From a virus (taxonomy: Duplodnaviria; Heunggongvirae; Uroviricota; Caudoviricetes), in the IMG/VR virus record IMGVR_UViG_2534681934_000013: a stretch of 22,551 nucleotides of DNA, one strand, 5' to 3'. Position numbers and translations under genes: made by a program. This document shows, one piece after another, positions 1 to 9,309 of this stretch; the first letter of the stretch is position 1, and every line of letters begins with the position of its first letter. The notes under the pieces were generated by a model. The model saw only the letters and a program-made list of their open reading frames with translations, searched no databases and was not told the origin of the DNA.

Positions 1-356
1 CGCTGGCGCTGGCCAGACTGTCAGGGTTTCGTCATAAAACGGTGAAGGTGCCGGAATGGGGTAATGTCAGCGTGGTGCTGCGGGAGCCTTCGGCAGAGGC
101 CTGGTATCTGTGGCAGGAAGTGCTCAATGGTGATGGAGAGGATGACGATACCCTTTCGGTGGTGGCGAAAACCCGCCGTAACCTGGAAGCGGATGTGACG
201 CTGTTCTGCGATGTCCTGTGTGATACTGACCTGCAACGGGTGTTCACTCCGGACGACCGTGAGCAGGTGCTGGCCGTCTATGGTCCGGTACATGCCCGGT
301 TGCTGCGTCAGGCACTGGAACTGATCGCTGATGCAGAGTCGGCCAGAAAAAAGTAG
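1..356 (+). CDS. G: tail assembly chaperone G (lambda gpG-like), 5'-partial at window edge
   Basis: Frame is open from the window start (codons from nt 3) to TAG at 354-356, so the gene begins upstream. Lies directly upstream of T and the tape measure, the lambda gene order. Ends in the frameshift heptamer. Confidence 0.6.
   Translation, partial: LALARLSGFRHKTVKVPEWGNVSVVLREPSAEAWYLWQEVLNGDGEDDDTLSVVAKTRRNLEADVTLFCDVLCDTDLQRVFTPDDREQVLAVYGPVHARLLRQALELIADAESARKK
347..353 (+). promoter_or_regulatory. -1 programmed ribosomal frameshift slippery heptamer A_AAA_AAG (G to G-T)
   Basis: The heptamer a-aaa-aag is in phase with the G frame three codons before the G stop. The -1 frame is open from 353 into the T-like ORF with no intervening stop. 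Confidence 0.6.
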
Positions 357-661
357 CCCGCCCGGAAATTCGCTTTCTGATGCGACTTGCGCTCCGTCTG
401 GGGCGCACCTTATCCGAACTGCGGCACAGCCTGAGTGCGAGCGAGGCGATGATGTGGATGGAGTTCGACAGGGTATCCCCGCTGGGTGATGAGCGCGGGG
501 ATATCCGTAATGCACAGATCGTGAAAGCGGTTTTCGGGGCACAGGGGATGAATGTTGCACTGAAGGACGCCATGCTCTGCTGGGGCGAGGATGAGGATAA
601 GCCGGAGGTGGATCCGTTTGCGGCGCTGGAAGACGCGCTGAGCCTTGCAGCAATGTCATAA
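353..661 (+). CDS. T: tail assembly protein T domain, expressed as G-T fusion via -1 frameshift
   Basis: The -1 frame relative to G reads VARPEIRFLMRLALRLGRTLSELRHSLSASEAMMWMEFDRVSPLGDERGD... Position between G and the tape measure matches lambda T. Confidence 0.6.
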   Translation, partial: VARPEIRFLMRLALRLGRTLSELRHSLSASEAMMWMEFDRVSPLGDERGDIRNAQIVKAVFGAQGMNVALKDAMLCWGEDEDKPEVDPFAALEDALSLAAMS

Positions 662-671
662 ATAATGATGA

Positions 672-696
672 AAACCTGCTGTGGCAGGTTTTTTTT
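672..696 (+). terminator. putative intrinsic terminator/attenuator between G-T and tape measure
   Basis: Hairpin aaacctgc-tgtg-gcaggtt followed by a T8 run; RBS ggagaaagg and ATG 713 follow. Confidence 0.45.
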
Positions 697-712
697 GCCC
701 GGAGAAAGGTGA

Positions 713-3700
713 ATGGCGACGTTACGTGAACTGATTATCAAAATTTCGGCAAATTCACAGTCATTCCAGTCGGAGATCCAGCGGGCGTCCCGTATGGGCA
801 GTGAATATTACCGGACCCTGCAGAATGGCGGGCGTCAGGCCGCTGCGGCAGCCCGGGAGCAGCGACGTGCCCTGGCAGAACTGAACAGCCAGTTGACGGA
901 AATTCGCGGTTCTGCTGTCGGAATGGCTGGCGCATTTGCCGGTGCCTTTGCCTCCGGACACCTGATTTCACTGGCGGATGAGTGGAGTTCCGTAAATGCC
1001 CGTCTGAAACAGGCATCACAGTCATCCGATGAATTTTCGTCATCACAGAAAGTGCTGATGGATATCAGCCAGCGGACAGGCACGGCATTTTCGGATAATG
1101 CGGCCCTGTTTGCCCGTTCGGCTGCCTCGATGCGTGAATATGGTTACAGTGCCGGTGATGTACTGAAGGTGACGGAGGCCATTTCCACGGGGCTGAAAAT
1201 CTCCGGTGCCAGTACGGCTGAGGCGGGTTCGGTGATCACCCAGTTCAGCCAGGCGCTGGCACAGGGTGTGTTGCGCGGTGAGGAATTTAATTCGGTCAAT
1301 GAAAGTGGTGACCGGATCGTACGTGCACTGGCTGCGGGTATGGGCGTGGCCCGTAAAGATCTGAAGGCAATGGCGGATGACGGAAAACTGACAGCGGATA
1401 AAGTGGTCCCCGCGTTAATCAGCCAGCTGGGGATATTACGTGATGAATATGCGGCCATGCCGGAAACGGTTTCCAGTAGTATCACGAAGGTGGAAAACGC
1501 CTTTATGGCCTGGGTGGGCGGTGCGAATGAGGCCAGCGGGGTGACAAAAACGCTCTCCGGCATGCTGAACGGTGTTGCCGGACAGATTGATAATGTGGCA
1601 ACAGCCGTGGGCGCGCTGGTTGCCGTCGGGGTTGCACGTTACTTTGGCAATATGGCCTCCGGAGCGATGTCTGCCACGGCAGGACTTGTGACGGCTGCAC
1701 GTAATGAAGTTGCACTGGCGGAAGCACAGTTCAGGGGAACGCAGATTGCCACGGCGCGGGCAAGGGCAGCCGTGTACCGTGCTCAGCAGGCCGTGGCGGC
1801 AGCCCGCGGGACGGAGATGCAGATTGCAGCAGAGGCCCGTCTGGCGGCCACACAGGAACGCCTGAACAGAAATATTGCTGCCAGAACCGCCGCCCAGAAT
1901 GCGCTGAACAGTACAACGGCGGTGGGCTCACGTCTGATGAGCGGTGCGCGTGGGGCTGGTTGGTGGCGTACCCGGACTGGTGATGCTGGGGGCTGCAGCA
2001 TGGTACACGCTGTACCAGAATCAGGAGCAGGCCAGGGAGTCTGCGCGCCAGTATGCACTGACGATAGATGAAATCGCGCATAAAACGCCGTCAATGTCTC
2101 TGCCTGAAGCCTCAGATAATGAAGGACGAACACGGGCGGCGCTGACAGAGCAGAACCGGCTGATTGATGAACAGGCCAGTCGGGTGAAATCCCTGCAGGA
2201 AAAAATCGCAGGATATCAGTATGTTCTGGCGAACCCGGGCTGGACGACCGGTGACGGATTCATGATAAACCATCTGACATCGGTGAAGACCGTAACGGAA
2301 GGGCTTGCTCAGGCAACAGAGCAGCTTGCCGTTGAGCAGTCCCGTCTGGCACAGATGCAGGAAAAAGCGCAGTCCATTCAGGATGTGCTTGCCGGGCTGG
2401 AAGACCGTCGTGTGGCGTTAATTCGTCAGCAGGCGGCAGAGCAGAATAAGGTGTACCAGTCCATGCTGGTTATGAACGGTCAGTATACGGAATTCAACCG
2501 TCTGCTGGGGCTGGGGAATGAACTGCTTCAGCAGCGGCAGGGACTGGTGAATGTGCCGTTACGGCTGCCACAGGCCACTCTGGATGATAAACAGCAGAGT
2601 GCCCTGACAAAAACAGAGCGTGAGCTGGCCCTGTCCAGACTGAAAGGGGAAGAAAAAGAGCGACGTCCGACTGGGGTATGCGGCGGATGACCTCGGTTTT
2701 GTGGGGGATCCGTATCAGGAGGCGAGACAACGTTATATCAGTAATGCCCTGGAAGCCTGGCGCAATAACGAGGCGAATAAACCCAAATCCCGGGGTGGAA
2801 AATCAGAGACGGAAAAAGCGGAAGACAGTTTTTCCCGGCTGCTGAAGCAGCAGAAAGAGCAACTGGCACTGGCCGGTCAGAACACGGAGCTGGCGAAGCT
2901 GAAGTACCAGACAGCGCTGGGTGAACTGAAAACCCTGTCGGAGATACAGAAGCAGGAACTGCTGCGCAATGCGGCCCTGATTGACCAGCAAAAAATCCGG
3001 GAGCAGTTGCGGTACCGGGAAGAGACCCTGAAGAATGATAATGTGGCTGCGCGTGCATCAAATGAATCTGAACTGCTGGGGTACGGGCAGGGGGAACGAG
3101 CCAGGGAACGCATGCGGGAGTTGCAGCAGATCCGCGACAGCTTCCGCCAGAAGGATGCGGACCTTCAGTCTCAGTATCAGACCGGGGATATCAGTGAGGA
3201 TTTTTACAGACAGGCGCTGGCACAGAACGCGCAGTATCTGAGCGAACGCCTTAAGGACCAGGCAGTCTTTTATGCCGAATCGGATGTGCAGCGTGCGGAC
3301 TGGCAGAAAGGGCTGCAGGAGGGATTCAGTAACTGGGTGGATAATGCGTCCGATTACGCCTCACAGGCAGCACAGCTGGCGACGGAGGGTATCTCAGGGA
3401 TGGTGAATAACATCACGGAGATGCTGAACGGAAATAAAGTGGAATGGCGCAGCTGGGCCTCATCCGTACTGCAGGAAATATCAAAAGTTCTTATGAATGC
3501 CGCGATTGTCAACGGAATTAAGACGGCGGCAAACGGTATGTCCGGTGCGGGAGGATTTCTCGGCAGCATTGGTGACTGGCTGGGCGGAGCGGTGGCCAAT
3601 GCAAAAGGCGGCGTGTATACCTCGGCAAACCTGAGCGCGTACAGCAACAGCATTGTGGACACGCCCACGTACTTTGCGTTTGCAAAAGGGGCCGGGCTGA

Positions 3701-3915
3701 TGGGGGAAGCCGGACCTGAAGCTATTATGCCCCTGACCCGGGCGGCGGATGGCTCGCTGGGCGTACGCGCCGTGGGCAGTATGAACGGCAGTGCTGGTCT
3801 GGTGTATTCCCCGGTCTACCACATCGCCATTCAGAATGACGGGGCTAACGGACAGATAGGGCCGGAGGCGGCAGGCAGTCTTGTGCAGCTGATTGACCAG
3901 CGGGTGCAGCGGTGA
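713..3915 (+). pseudogene. H: tail tape measure protein (lambda gpH-like), reading frame broken twice
   Basis: Three consecutive ORFs in three frames (713-2071, 1944-2690, 2701-3915). Alanine-rich coiled-coil N-terminus, a hydrophobic segment (LVGGVPGLVMLGAAAWYTLY), and a C-terminus (NKVEWRSWASSVLQEI...IQNDGANGQIGPEAAG) resembling lambda H from memory (WRSFTRSVL...NNDGTNGQIGPAA). Frame changes lie near 1941-1955 and 2644-2690 (A5 run 2653-2657). Confidence 0.75.
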
Positions 3916-3948
3916 TGCTGTCCATGCGACGTGACGGAGGAATGCTGA

Positions 3949-4290
3949 GTGGCTGAGATAAAAACGCTGCATCTGGTCCCGCGTGAAGGGATGCAGGTGA
4001 GTGAGAAGCCGTCGGTGGTGAGGGTGCGGTTTGGTGACGGTTATGAACAGCGCCGCCCCACAGGGCTGAATCCTCAACTGAAGACGTTTCAGGCGGTGTT
4101 CCGGGTGACGGATGAGTCAACCCGGCGCTGGCTGGATGAATTTTTATCCTGGCATGGTGGTTACCGTGCCTTTTTGTGGCGACCGCCGAAACATAACCGG
4201 ACGGTGAGGGTTGTGTGCCGGGAGTGGAGCGTCACGGATAACGCCCGGTACAGTGATTTCAGCTGTACGATAGAGCAGGTGGTGAACTGA
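3949..4290 (+). CDS. M: minor tail protein M (lambda gpM-like)
   Basis: 113-aa product with motifs VRVRFGDGYEQRRPTGLN and FSCTIEQVVN matching lambda M as recalled (VRKVRFGDGYSQRAPAGLN...EFEQVVN). GTG start with GGAGG 8 nt upstream. Confidence 0.85.
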   Translation: MAEIKTLHLVPREGMQVSEKPSVVRVRFGDGYEQRRPTGLNPQLKTFQAVFRVTDESTRRWLDEFLSWHGGYRAFLWRPPKHNRTVRVVCREWSVTDNARYSDFSCTIEQVVN

Positions 4291-4727
4291 TGCAGAATAT
4301 TCATGAAGAAAGCCTGAACGAGTCGGTTAAGTCAGAGCAGTCACCGCGGGTGGTGCTCTGGGAAATCGACCTGACGGTGCAGGGCGGTGAGCGGTATTTT
4401 TTCTGCAATGAGCTGAATGAAAAAAGGGAGCCGGTGACCTGGCAGGGGCGGCAATATCAGGCGTACCCGATTGAGGGCAGTGGCTTTGAGATGAACGGAA
4501 AGGGCAGCAGTGCCCGCCCGTCGCTGACGGTGTCCAATCTGTTCGGTCTTGTCACCGGGATGGCGGAGGATTTGCAGAGCCTGGTGGGTGCCACGGTGGT
4601 CCGCCGCCGGGTGTATGCCCGTTTTCTGGATGCGGTGAATTTTGTGGCGGGCGGTCGTGGTTATCGGGCGGCAGAGGTAAAAAGAATAAAAAAATCCCGC
4701 AGAGTTGCGGGGACAGACAAAGATTAA
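4290..4727 (+). pseudogene. L: minor tail protein L (lambda gpL-like), 3'-truncated after about residue 113
   Basis: N-terminal 113 aa (VVLWEIDLT...GERYFFCNE...VTWQGRQYQ...RFLDAVNFV) resemble lambda L, then the sequence diverges into a short basic tail and stops at 4727; lambda L is about 232 aa. ATG overlaps the M stop (ATGA). Confidence 0.75.
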
Positions 4728-4850
4728 CGTTAAGGAGTTATTTTTGTTTCTGGTGCTCGGGCAAAAAAACATTAACGCAGAGAAATTATTAGCACCACAG
4801 TCAGTTTGTGAAAATGTGAAGATATTCAGAAGTTTTATTCAGTCATGATA

Positions 4851-4881
4851 CAGGCATCCTCCGGGATGCCTGTTGTTTTTG
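4851..4881 (+). terminator. intrinsic terminator-like hairpin immediately upstream of J
   Basis: caggcatcc-tccg-ggatgcctg (9-bp stem) followed by ttgtttttgtg. Confidence 0.5.
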
Positions 4882-4914
4882 TGCGTAACAGTTATCACAG
4901 TAAAGGGTGAGACA

Positions 4915-6755
4915 ATGGGCAAAGGTGGCGGCAAGGCGCACACGCCGGTAGAGGCAAAGGACAATCTTAAGTCCACGCAGATGATGAGCGTGATTGATGC
5001 CATTGGTGAAGGGCCGATTGAAGGTCCGGTGAAGGGGCTGCAGAGTATCCTGGTGAACAAAACCCCGCTGACGGACACGGACGGTAATCCTGTGATACAT
5101 GGTGTGACAGCGGTCTGGCGCGCCGGGGAGCAGGAGCAGACACCACCTGAAGGCTTTGAGTCCTCCGGGGCGGAAACCGCACTGGGCGTGGAAGTGACGA
5201 AGGCAAAGCCGGTGACGCGCACCATTACGTCCGCGAACATTGACCGCCTGCGGGTCACCTTCGGGGTGCAGTCACTGTTGGAGACCACCTCAAAGGGCGA
5301 CCGTAATCACTCTTCTGTCCGACTGCTGATTCAGTTGCAGCGTAACGGTAACTGGGTGACGGAAAAGGATGTCACCATTAACGGCAAGACCACCTCGCAG
5401 TTTCTGGCGTCGGTGATTCTGGATAATCTGCCTGAGCGGCCCTTTAACATCCGGATGGTCCGGGAGACAGCGGACAGCACCTCGGACCAGCTGCAGAATA
5501 AGACGCTCTGGTCGTCATACACCGAAATCATCGATGTGAAACAGTGCTACCCGAACACGGCGATTGTGGGGCTGCAGGTGGATGCGGAGCAGTTTGGCGG
5601 TCAGCAGATGACGGTGAACTACCATATCCGCGGTCGCATCATCCAGGTACCGTCAAACTATGACCCGGAAAAACGCACGTACAGCGGCATCTGGGACGGC
5701 AGCCTGAAACCGGCATACAGCAACAACCCTGCCTGGTGCCTGTGGGACATGCTGACCCACCCGCGCTACGGAATGGGAAAACGCCTGGGGGCGGCGGATG
5801 TGGACAAGTGGGCGCTGTATGCCATTGCGCAGTACTGCGACCAGACGGTCCGGATGGTTCCGGGGGCACAGAGCCGCGGATGACTTTCAATGCGTACCTG
5901 TCACAACAGCGTAAGGCGTGGGACGTTCTCAGTGATTTCTGCTCGGCGATGCGCTGTATGCCGGTATGGAACGGGCAGACGCTGACGTTTGTGCAGGACC
6001 GTCCGTCAGATGTGGTGTGGCCCTACACCAGCAGTGATGTGGTGGTGGATGATAACGGCGTGGGGTTTCGCTACAGCTTCAGCGCCCTGAAGGACCGCCA
6101 CACGGCGGTGGAGGTGAATTACACCGACCCGCAGAACGGCTGGCAGACCTCCACGGAACTGGTGGAAGACCCGGAAGCCATACTGCGCTACGGACGCAAC
6201 CTGCTGAAGATGGATGCGTTCGGCTGCACCAGTCGCGGTCAGGCCCACCGTGCCGGGCTGTGGGTGATAAAGACCGGACTGCTGGAAACGCAGACGGTGG
6301 ATTTCACGCTCGGGTCACAGGGGCTGCGTCACACACCCGGTGACATTATTGAAATCTGTGATAACGACTATGCCGGGACCATGACCGGCGGACGTATCCT
6401 GTCCATCGATGCCGCCAGCCGCACCCTGACACTGGACCGTGAGGTGACCCTGCCGGAGACCGGTGCCGCCACGGTGAACCTGATTAACGGCAGCGGTAAG
6501 CCGGTGAGCGTGGCCATCACTGCACACCCCGCGCCGGACCGGATACAGGTCAGCACCCTGCCTGATGGCGTGGAGACATACGGTGTGTGGGGGCTCTCCC
6601 TGCCGTCACTGCGCCGTCGCCTGTTCCGCTGTGTCTCCGTCCGGGAAAACACGGACGGCACCTTTGCCATCACGGCGGTGCAGCACGTACCGGAAAAAGA
6701 AGCCATCGTGGATAACGGTGCTTTAAGGTCAATGTTTTTTATCAAAACATTTTAA
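4915..6755 (+). pseudogene. J: tail tip/host-specificity protein J (lambda gpJ-like): N-terminal ~600 aa only, with one frameshift
   Basis: MGKGGGKAHTPVEAKDNLKSTQMMSVIDAIGEGPIEGP closely resembles the lambda J N-terminus. Frame changes at about 5850 (QYCDQTV then PDGSGGTEPRMTFNAYL in the next frame). Similarity continues to ...AITAVQHVPEKEAIVDNGA at about 6722, then is lost; lambda J is about 1130 aa. Confidence 0.8.
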
Positions 6756-6815
6756 GCAGGCAGCTGTTACGCCATCACTACGATGGCATACAGTTAATCA
6801 AATAGATGAGGTTGG

Positions 6816-7454
6816 TTAAATATCTTGTTGAATTTTAAAGCATACTCCCAATATGCAAGATAGATCATCCAGCATAATTGAAGGGTAGCGAGGATTCGTG
6901 GGGACTAAAAGAATATCCGGCCCTTCTATCTCCAGTTTGCGAATGACAGGCGTTGTGGTCCCTTTGGGTAAGGCAAGGACAATATTTCCTGGTTGTACGA
7001 TTCGATCGGGATCAACAAAAACTGTTGAACCATTTGGGATGGAAACTCCACCACCAGATGTCGACATACTGTCACTCTCTAGAACAACAGCAAAGGTATT
7101 GGCCGGGATTTCTCCGACAAGCTGCACACAAGAGGTTATTGAGGAATTTTTCATATAATCACTCCAGCTTGCTGCCTGCTGAAGTGATAGTAGCGGAACC
7201 GTTTTTATCGGCGGTAAAGATAGATCAAGCGAATCACCTGTATTTAACTCTCCTCCATTAAGAAGCCAATTTTCGTTTACTTTCAATATCTTTGCCAGTG
7301 AACTTATGTAACGCGAGGACGGCGCTCCTCCACCGTTCATCCATTGACTTACGGAGCCTTTTGATGCGCCAGTGGCATTGACAAGGTCTTTGCCTTTCAA
7401 GTTTAGCGCATGCATACGTTGGGTTATGCGTTCAGATATTGTTTGCTTGTTCAT
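6816..7454 (-). CDS. cI: CI-like phage repressor (N-terminal HTH, C-terminal S24/LexA-like autopeptidase)
   Basis: 212 aa with an N-terminal HTH (LNLKGKDLVNATGASKGSVSQWMNG) and a C-terminal region with the Ser...Lys arrangement typical of S24 peptidases (ESDSMS...VIRKL). Divergent from a Cro-like gene; no SD before the ATG, compatible with a leaderless message as in lambda cI. Confidence 0.75.
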   Translation of the reverse strand: MNKQTISERITQRMHALNLKGKDLVNATGASKGSVSQWMNGGGAPSSRYISSLAKILKVNENWLLNGGELNTGDSLDLSLPPIKTVPLLSLQQAASWSDYMKNSSITSCVQLVGEIPANTFAVVLESDSMSTSGGGVSIPNGSTVFVDPDRIVQPGNIVLALPKGTTTPVIRKLEIEGPDILLVPTNPRYPSIMLDDLSCILGVCFKIQQDI

Positions 7455-7545
7455 GTTTTGATTTTAAAACACAGATGGTTTTGTTTCTTGACTTTCTTTG
7501 GTTTTGATTATTAAACTTTTGGCGTTCAGTTTTATGGAGCGACTC
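7455..7545. promoter_or_regulatory. divergent repressor/cro promoter-operator region (putative)
   Basis: AT-rich 90-bp spacer between divergent cI-like and cro-like genes; contains TTGACT and the inverted repeat aaaac-N7-gtttt. Individual operators not resolved. Confidence 0.4.
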
Positions 7546-7788
7546 ATGAAAAAATCAGAAGTATTAGGCTATTTTGGCGGAGTTGTTAAAACAGCCGCCG
7601 CTCTAGGAACGTCAAAAACCACAGTCAGCATGTGGGGGGAAGACGTTCCGTGGAAATGGGCGTTGCTAATTCAGGCAGTCACTGCCGGGGCGCTCAAATA
7701 TGAGTTACACATACCGACGGTTGTCATTCCCGATTCTGATCATAATCCGCCTTCTAACCAAGGGGGGATTCATGAAAATCAAGCATGA
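7546..7788 (+). CDS. cro: Cro-like HTH regulator
   Basis: 80 aa starting MKKSEVLGYFGGVVKTAAALGTSKTTVSMWGED (HTH); GGAG 5 nt upstream of ATG 7546; divergent from the repressor. Confidence 0.55.
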   Translation: MKKSEVLGYFGGVVKTAAALGTSKTTVSMWGEDVPWKWALLIQAVTAGALKYELHIPTVVIPDSDHNPPSNQGGIHENQA

Positions 7789-8197
7789 ACACATCCGCAT
7801 GGCGATGAATGCCTGGGCGCGTCCTGATGGCGAAAAAGTTCCGGCAGCTGGAATAACCCAGGCTTATTTTGAGTTGGGTATGACGTTTCCTGAACTGTAC
7901 GACGACAGCCATCCGGAAGCCCTGGCTCGCAATACCCAGAAAATTTTCCGCTGGATAGAGAAAGACACCCCTGATGCAGTTGAAAAAATGCAGGCTCTGT
8001 TACCGGCGATCGAAAAGGCAATGCCGCCTCTGCTGGTGGCCCGTATGCGCAGTCACAGCTCTGAATATTACCGTGAGATCGTCGAACGGAGGGATCGGCT
8101 GGTGAAAGATGTGGATGATTTTGTCGCAGCGGCGATCGCCTGGGGCACCCTGACTAACAGTGGGGGTCAGCCTGGTAATGCTGTTGTCGTGCATTGA
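7772..8197 (+). CDS. CII-like / YdaT-like regulatory protein (tentative)
   Basis: 141 aa starting MKIKHEHI with SD aaggggggatt; sits where CII sits in lambda. Family assignment is from memory of Rac ydaT and is uncertain. Confidence 0.45.
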   Translation: MKIKHEHIRMAMNAWARPDGEKVPAAGITQAYFELGMTFPELYDDSHPEALARNTQKIFRWIEKDTPDAVEKMQALLPAIEKAMPPLLVARMRSHSSEYYREIVERRDRLVKDVDDFVAAAIAWGTLTNSGGQPGNAVVVH

Positions 8198-8265
8198 CCA
8201 ACAATATTCATGCCGGATTTCTTCCGGATGTTCGAGGGTAAAGTTCGGTATCAGAAGAGGTGAGT

Positions 8266-9309
8266 ATGGCTAATGCCTGGCTCAGATTGTGGCATGACAT
8301 GCCAAATGACCCCAAGTGGCGAACGATTGCCAGGGTATCAGGACAGCCAATCGCAACAGTGATGGCAGTGTATATCCATCTTCTGGTGAGCGCGTCACGA
8401 AATGTCACGACATGTCACGGCGTGTCACTACGTGGTCACATTGATGTCACGACGGAAGATTTAGCAAGTGCGCTTGATGTGACGGAAGACGTAATTGATT
8501 CAATTTTGCATGCAATGCAGGGGCGGGTTCTGGATGGTGACCTTATTTCCGGATGGGAAAAACGTCAGGTGCTGAAAGAGGACAATGGTAACGTTTCGCA
8601 AACGGCAAAATCCCCGGCAGAGCGCAAGAGAGCGCAGCGGGAGCGGGAAAAGCTGCGGAAACATAATGCTGATTGTCACGATGAGTCACGACGTGTCACG
8701 CATCTGTCACGACAAGTCACGACAGATAAAGATACAGATAAAGATACAGATACAGAATTAAACCCCACACATAACGCGCGCGAGAGTATTCCGACCAGTG
8801 AGTCGAATGGTGCGCCGTTGCAGACAGCCGAACCTGAATACCTGGACGGCCTGAGCGAACCGATCGGGAAATTTTCGATGACTACTGTCTGGCAGCCGTC
8901 GCCGGATTTTCGACAACGGGCAGCAGTGTGGGGTATGGCTCTGCCTGAGCCGGAATTTACACCTGCTGAGCTTGCCGCATTCCGGGATTACTGGATGGCG
9001 GAGGGGAAGGTTTTCACGCAGGTTCAGTGGGAGCAGAAATTTGCCCGCCACGTGCAGCACGTCAGGGCACAGGTAAAACCAGTCAGCAAGGGGGGAAGCC
9101 ATGCAGCATCAGGTGGCACGGCATCACGGGCAGTTCAGGAAATCCGGGCTGCACGCGAACAGTGGGAACGTGACAACGGATTTATCAGCAACGGAAACGG
9201 CCTGGAAGCTGTGGGAGCTCATGGGGGAGGTGTATTCGAACCGCTGGACTCAGAAGAACGGGGCCGCACCTTCGAAGCTCTGGATTGCCCAGATTGGTGC
9301 GATGACTGA
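8266..9309 (+). CDS. replication initiator (functional analogue of lambda O; DnaT-like C-terminal region suspected) with internal iterons
   Basis: MANAWLRLWHDMPNDPKWRTIAR N-terminus; two clusters of GTCACG repeats lie inside the gene, as the lambda origin lies inside O; immediately upstream of a P-like gene. Confidence 0.6.
   Translation: MANAWLRLWHDMPNDPKWRTIARVSGQPIATVMAVYIHLLVSASRNVTTCHGVSLRGHIDVTTEDLASALDVTEDVIDSILHAMQGRVLDGDLISGWEKRQVLKEDNGNVSQTAKSPAERKRAQREREKLRKHNADCHDESRRVTHLSRQVTTDKDTDKDTDTELNPTHNARESIPTSESNGAPLQTAEPEYLDGLSEPIGKFSMTTVWQPSPDFRQRAAVWGMALPEPEFTPAELAAFRDYWMAEGKVFTQVQWEQKFARHVQHVRAQVKPVSKGGSHAASGGTASRAVQEIRAAREQWERDNGFISNGNGLEAVGAHGGGVFEPLDSEERGRTFEALDCPDWCDD
8394..8451. 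repeat. iteron cluster 1: six GTCAC(G/T/A) repeats at 10-11-bp spacing
   Basis: GTCACG at 8394, 8404, 8414; GTCACT 8424; GTCACA 8435; GTCACG 8446. Confidence 0.55.
8675..8756. repeat. iteron cluster 2 (five GTCACG repeats) plus adjacent tandem gataaagataca repeat
   Basis: GTCACG at 8675, 8685, 8695, 8706, 8716, then gataaagataca repeated about 2.5 times (encodes DKDTDKDTDTE). Confidence 0.55.

Noticed and set aside
21-741. Minus-strand ORFs 21-659 (212 aa) and 244-741 (165 aa)
   Set aside because: Antisense to the G and T-like genes; Pro/Arg/Ser-rich, low-complexity translations typical of the reverse strand of GC-rich coding DNA, with no start context.
3481-4120. Minus-strand ORFs 3481-4077 and 3845-4120
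   Set aside because: Antisense to the tape measure C-terminus and gene M, which have strong protein-level support; His/Arg-rich composition, no motifs.
8394-8756. CRISPR array
   Set aside because: Repeat units are 6 bp with 4-5-bp spacers, lie inside a protein-coding gene, and no cas genes are nearby; interpreted as iterons.
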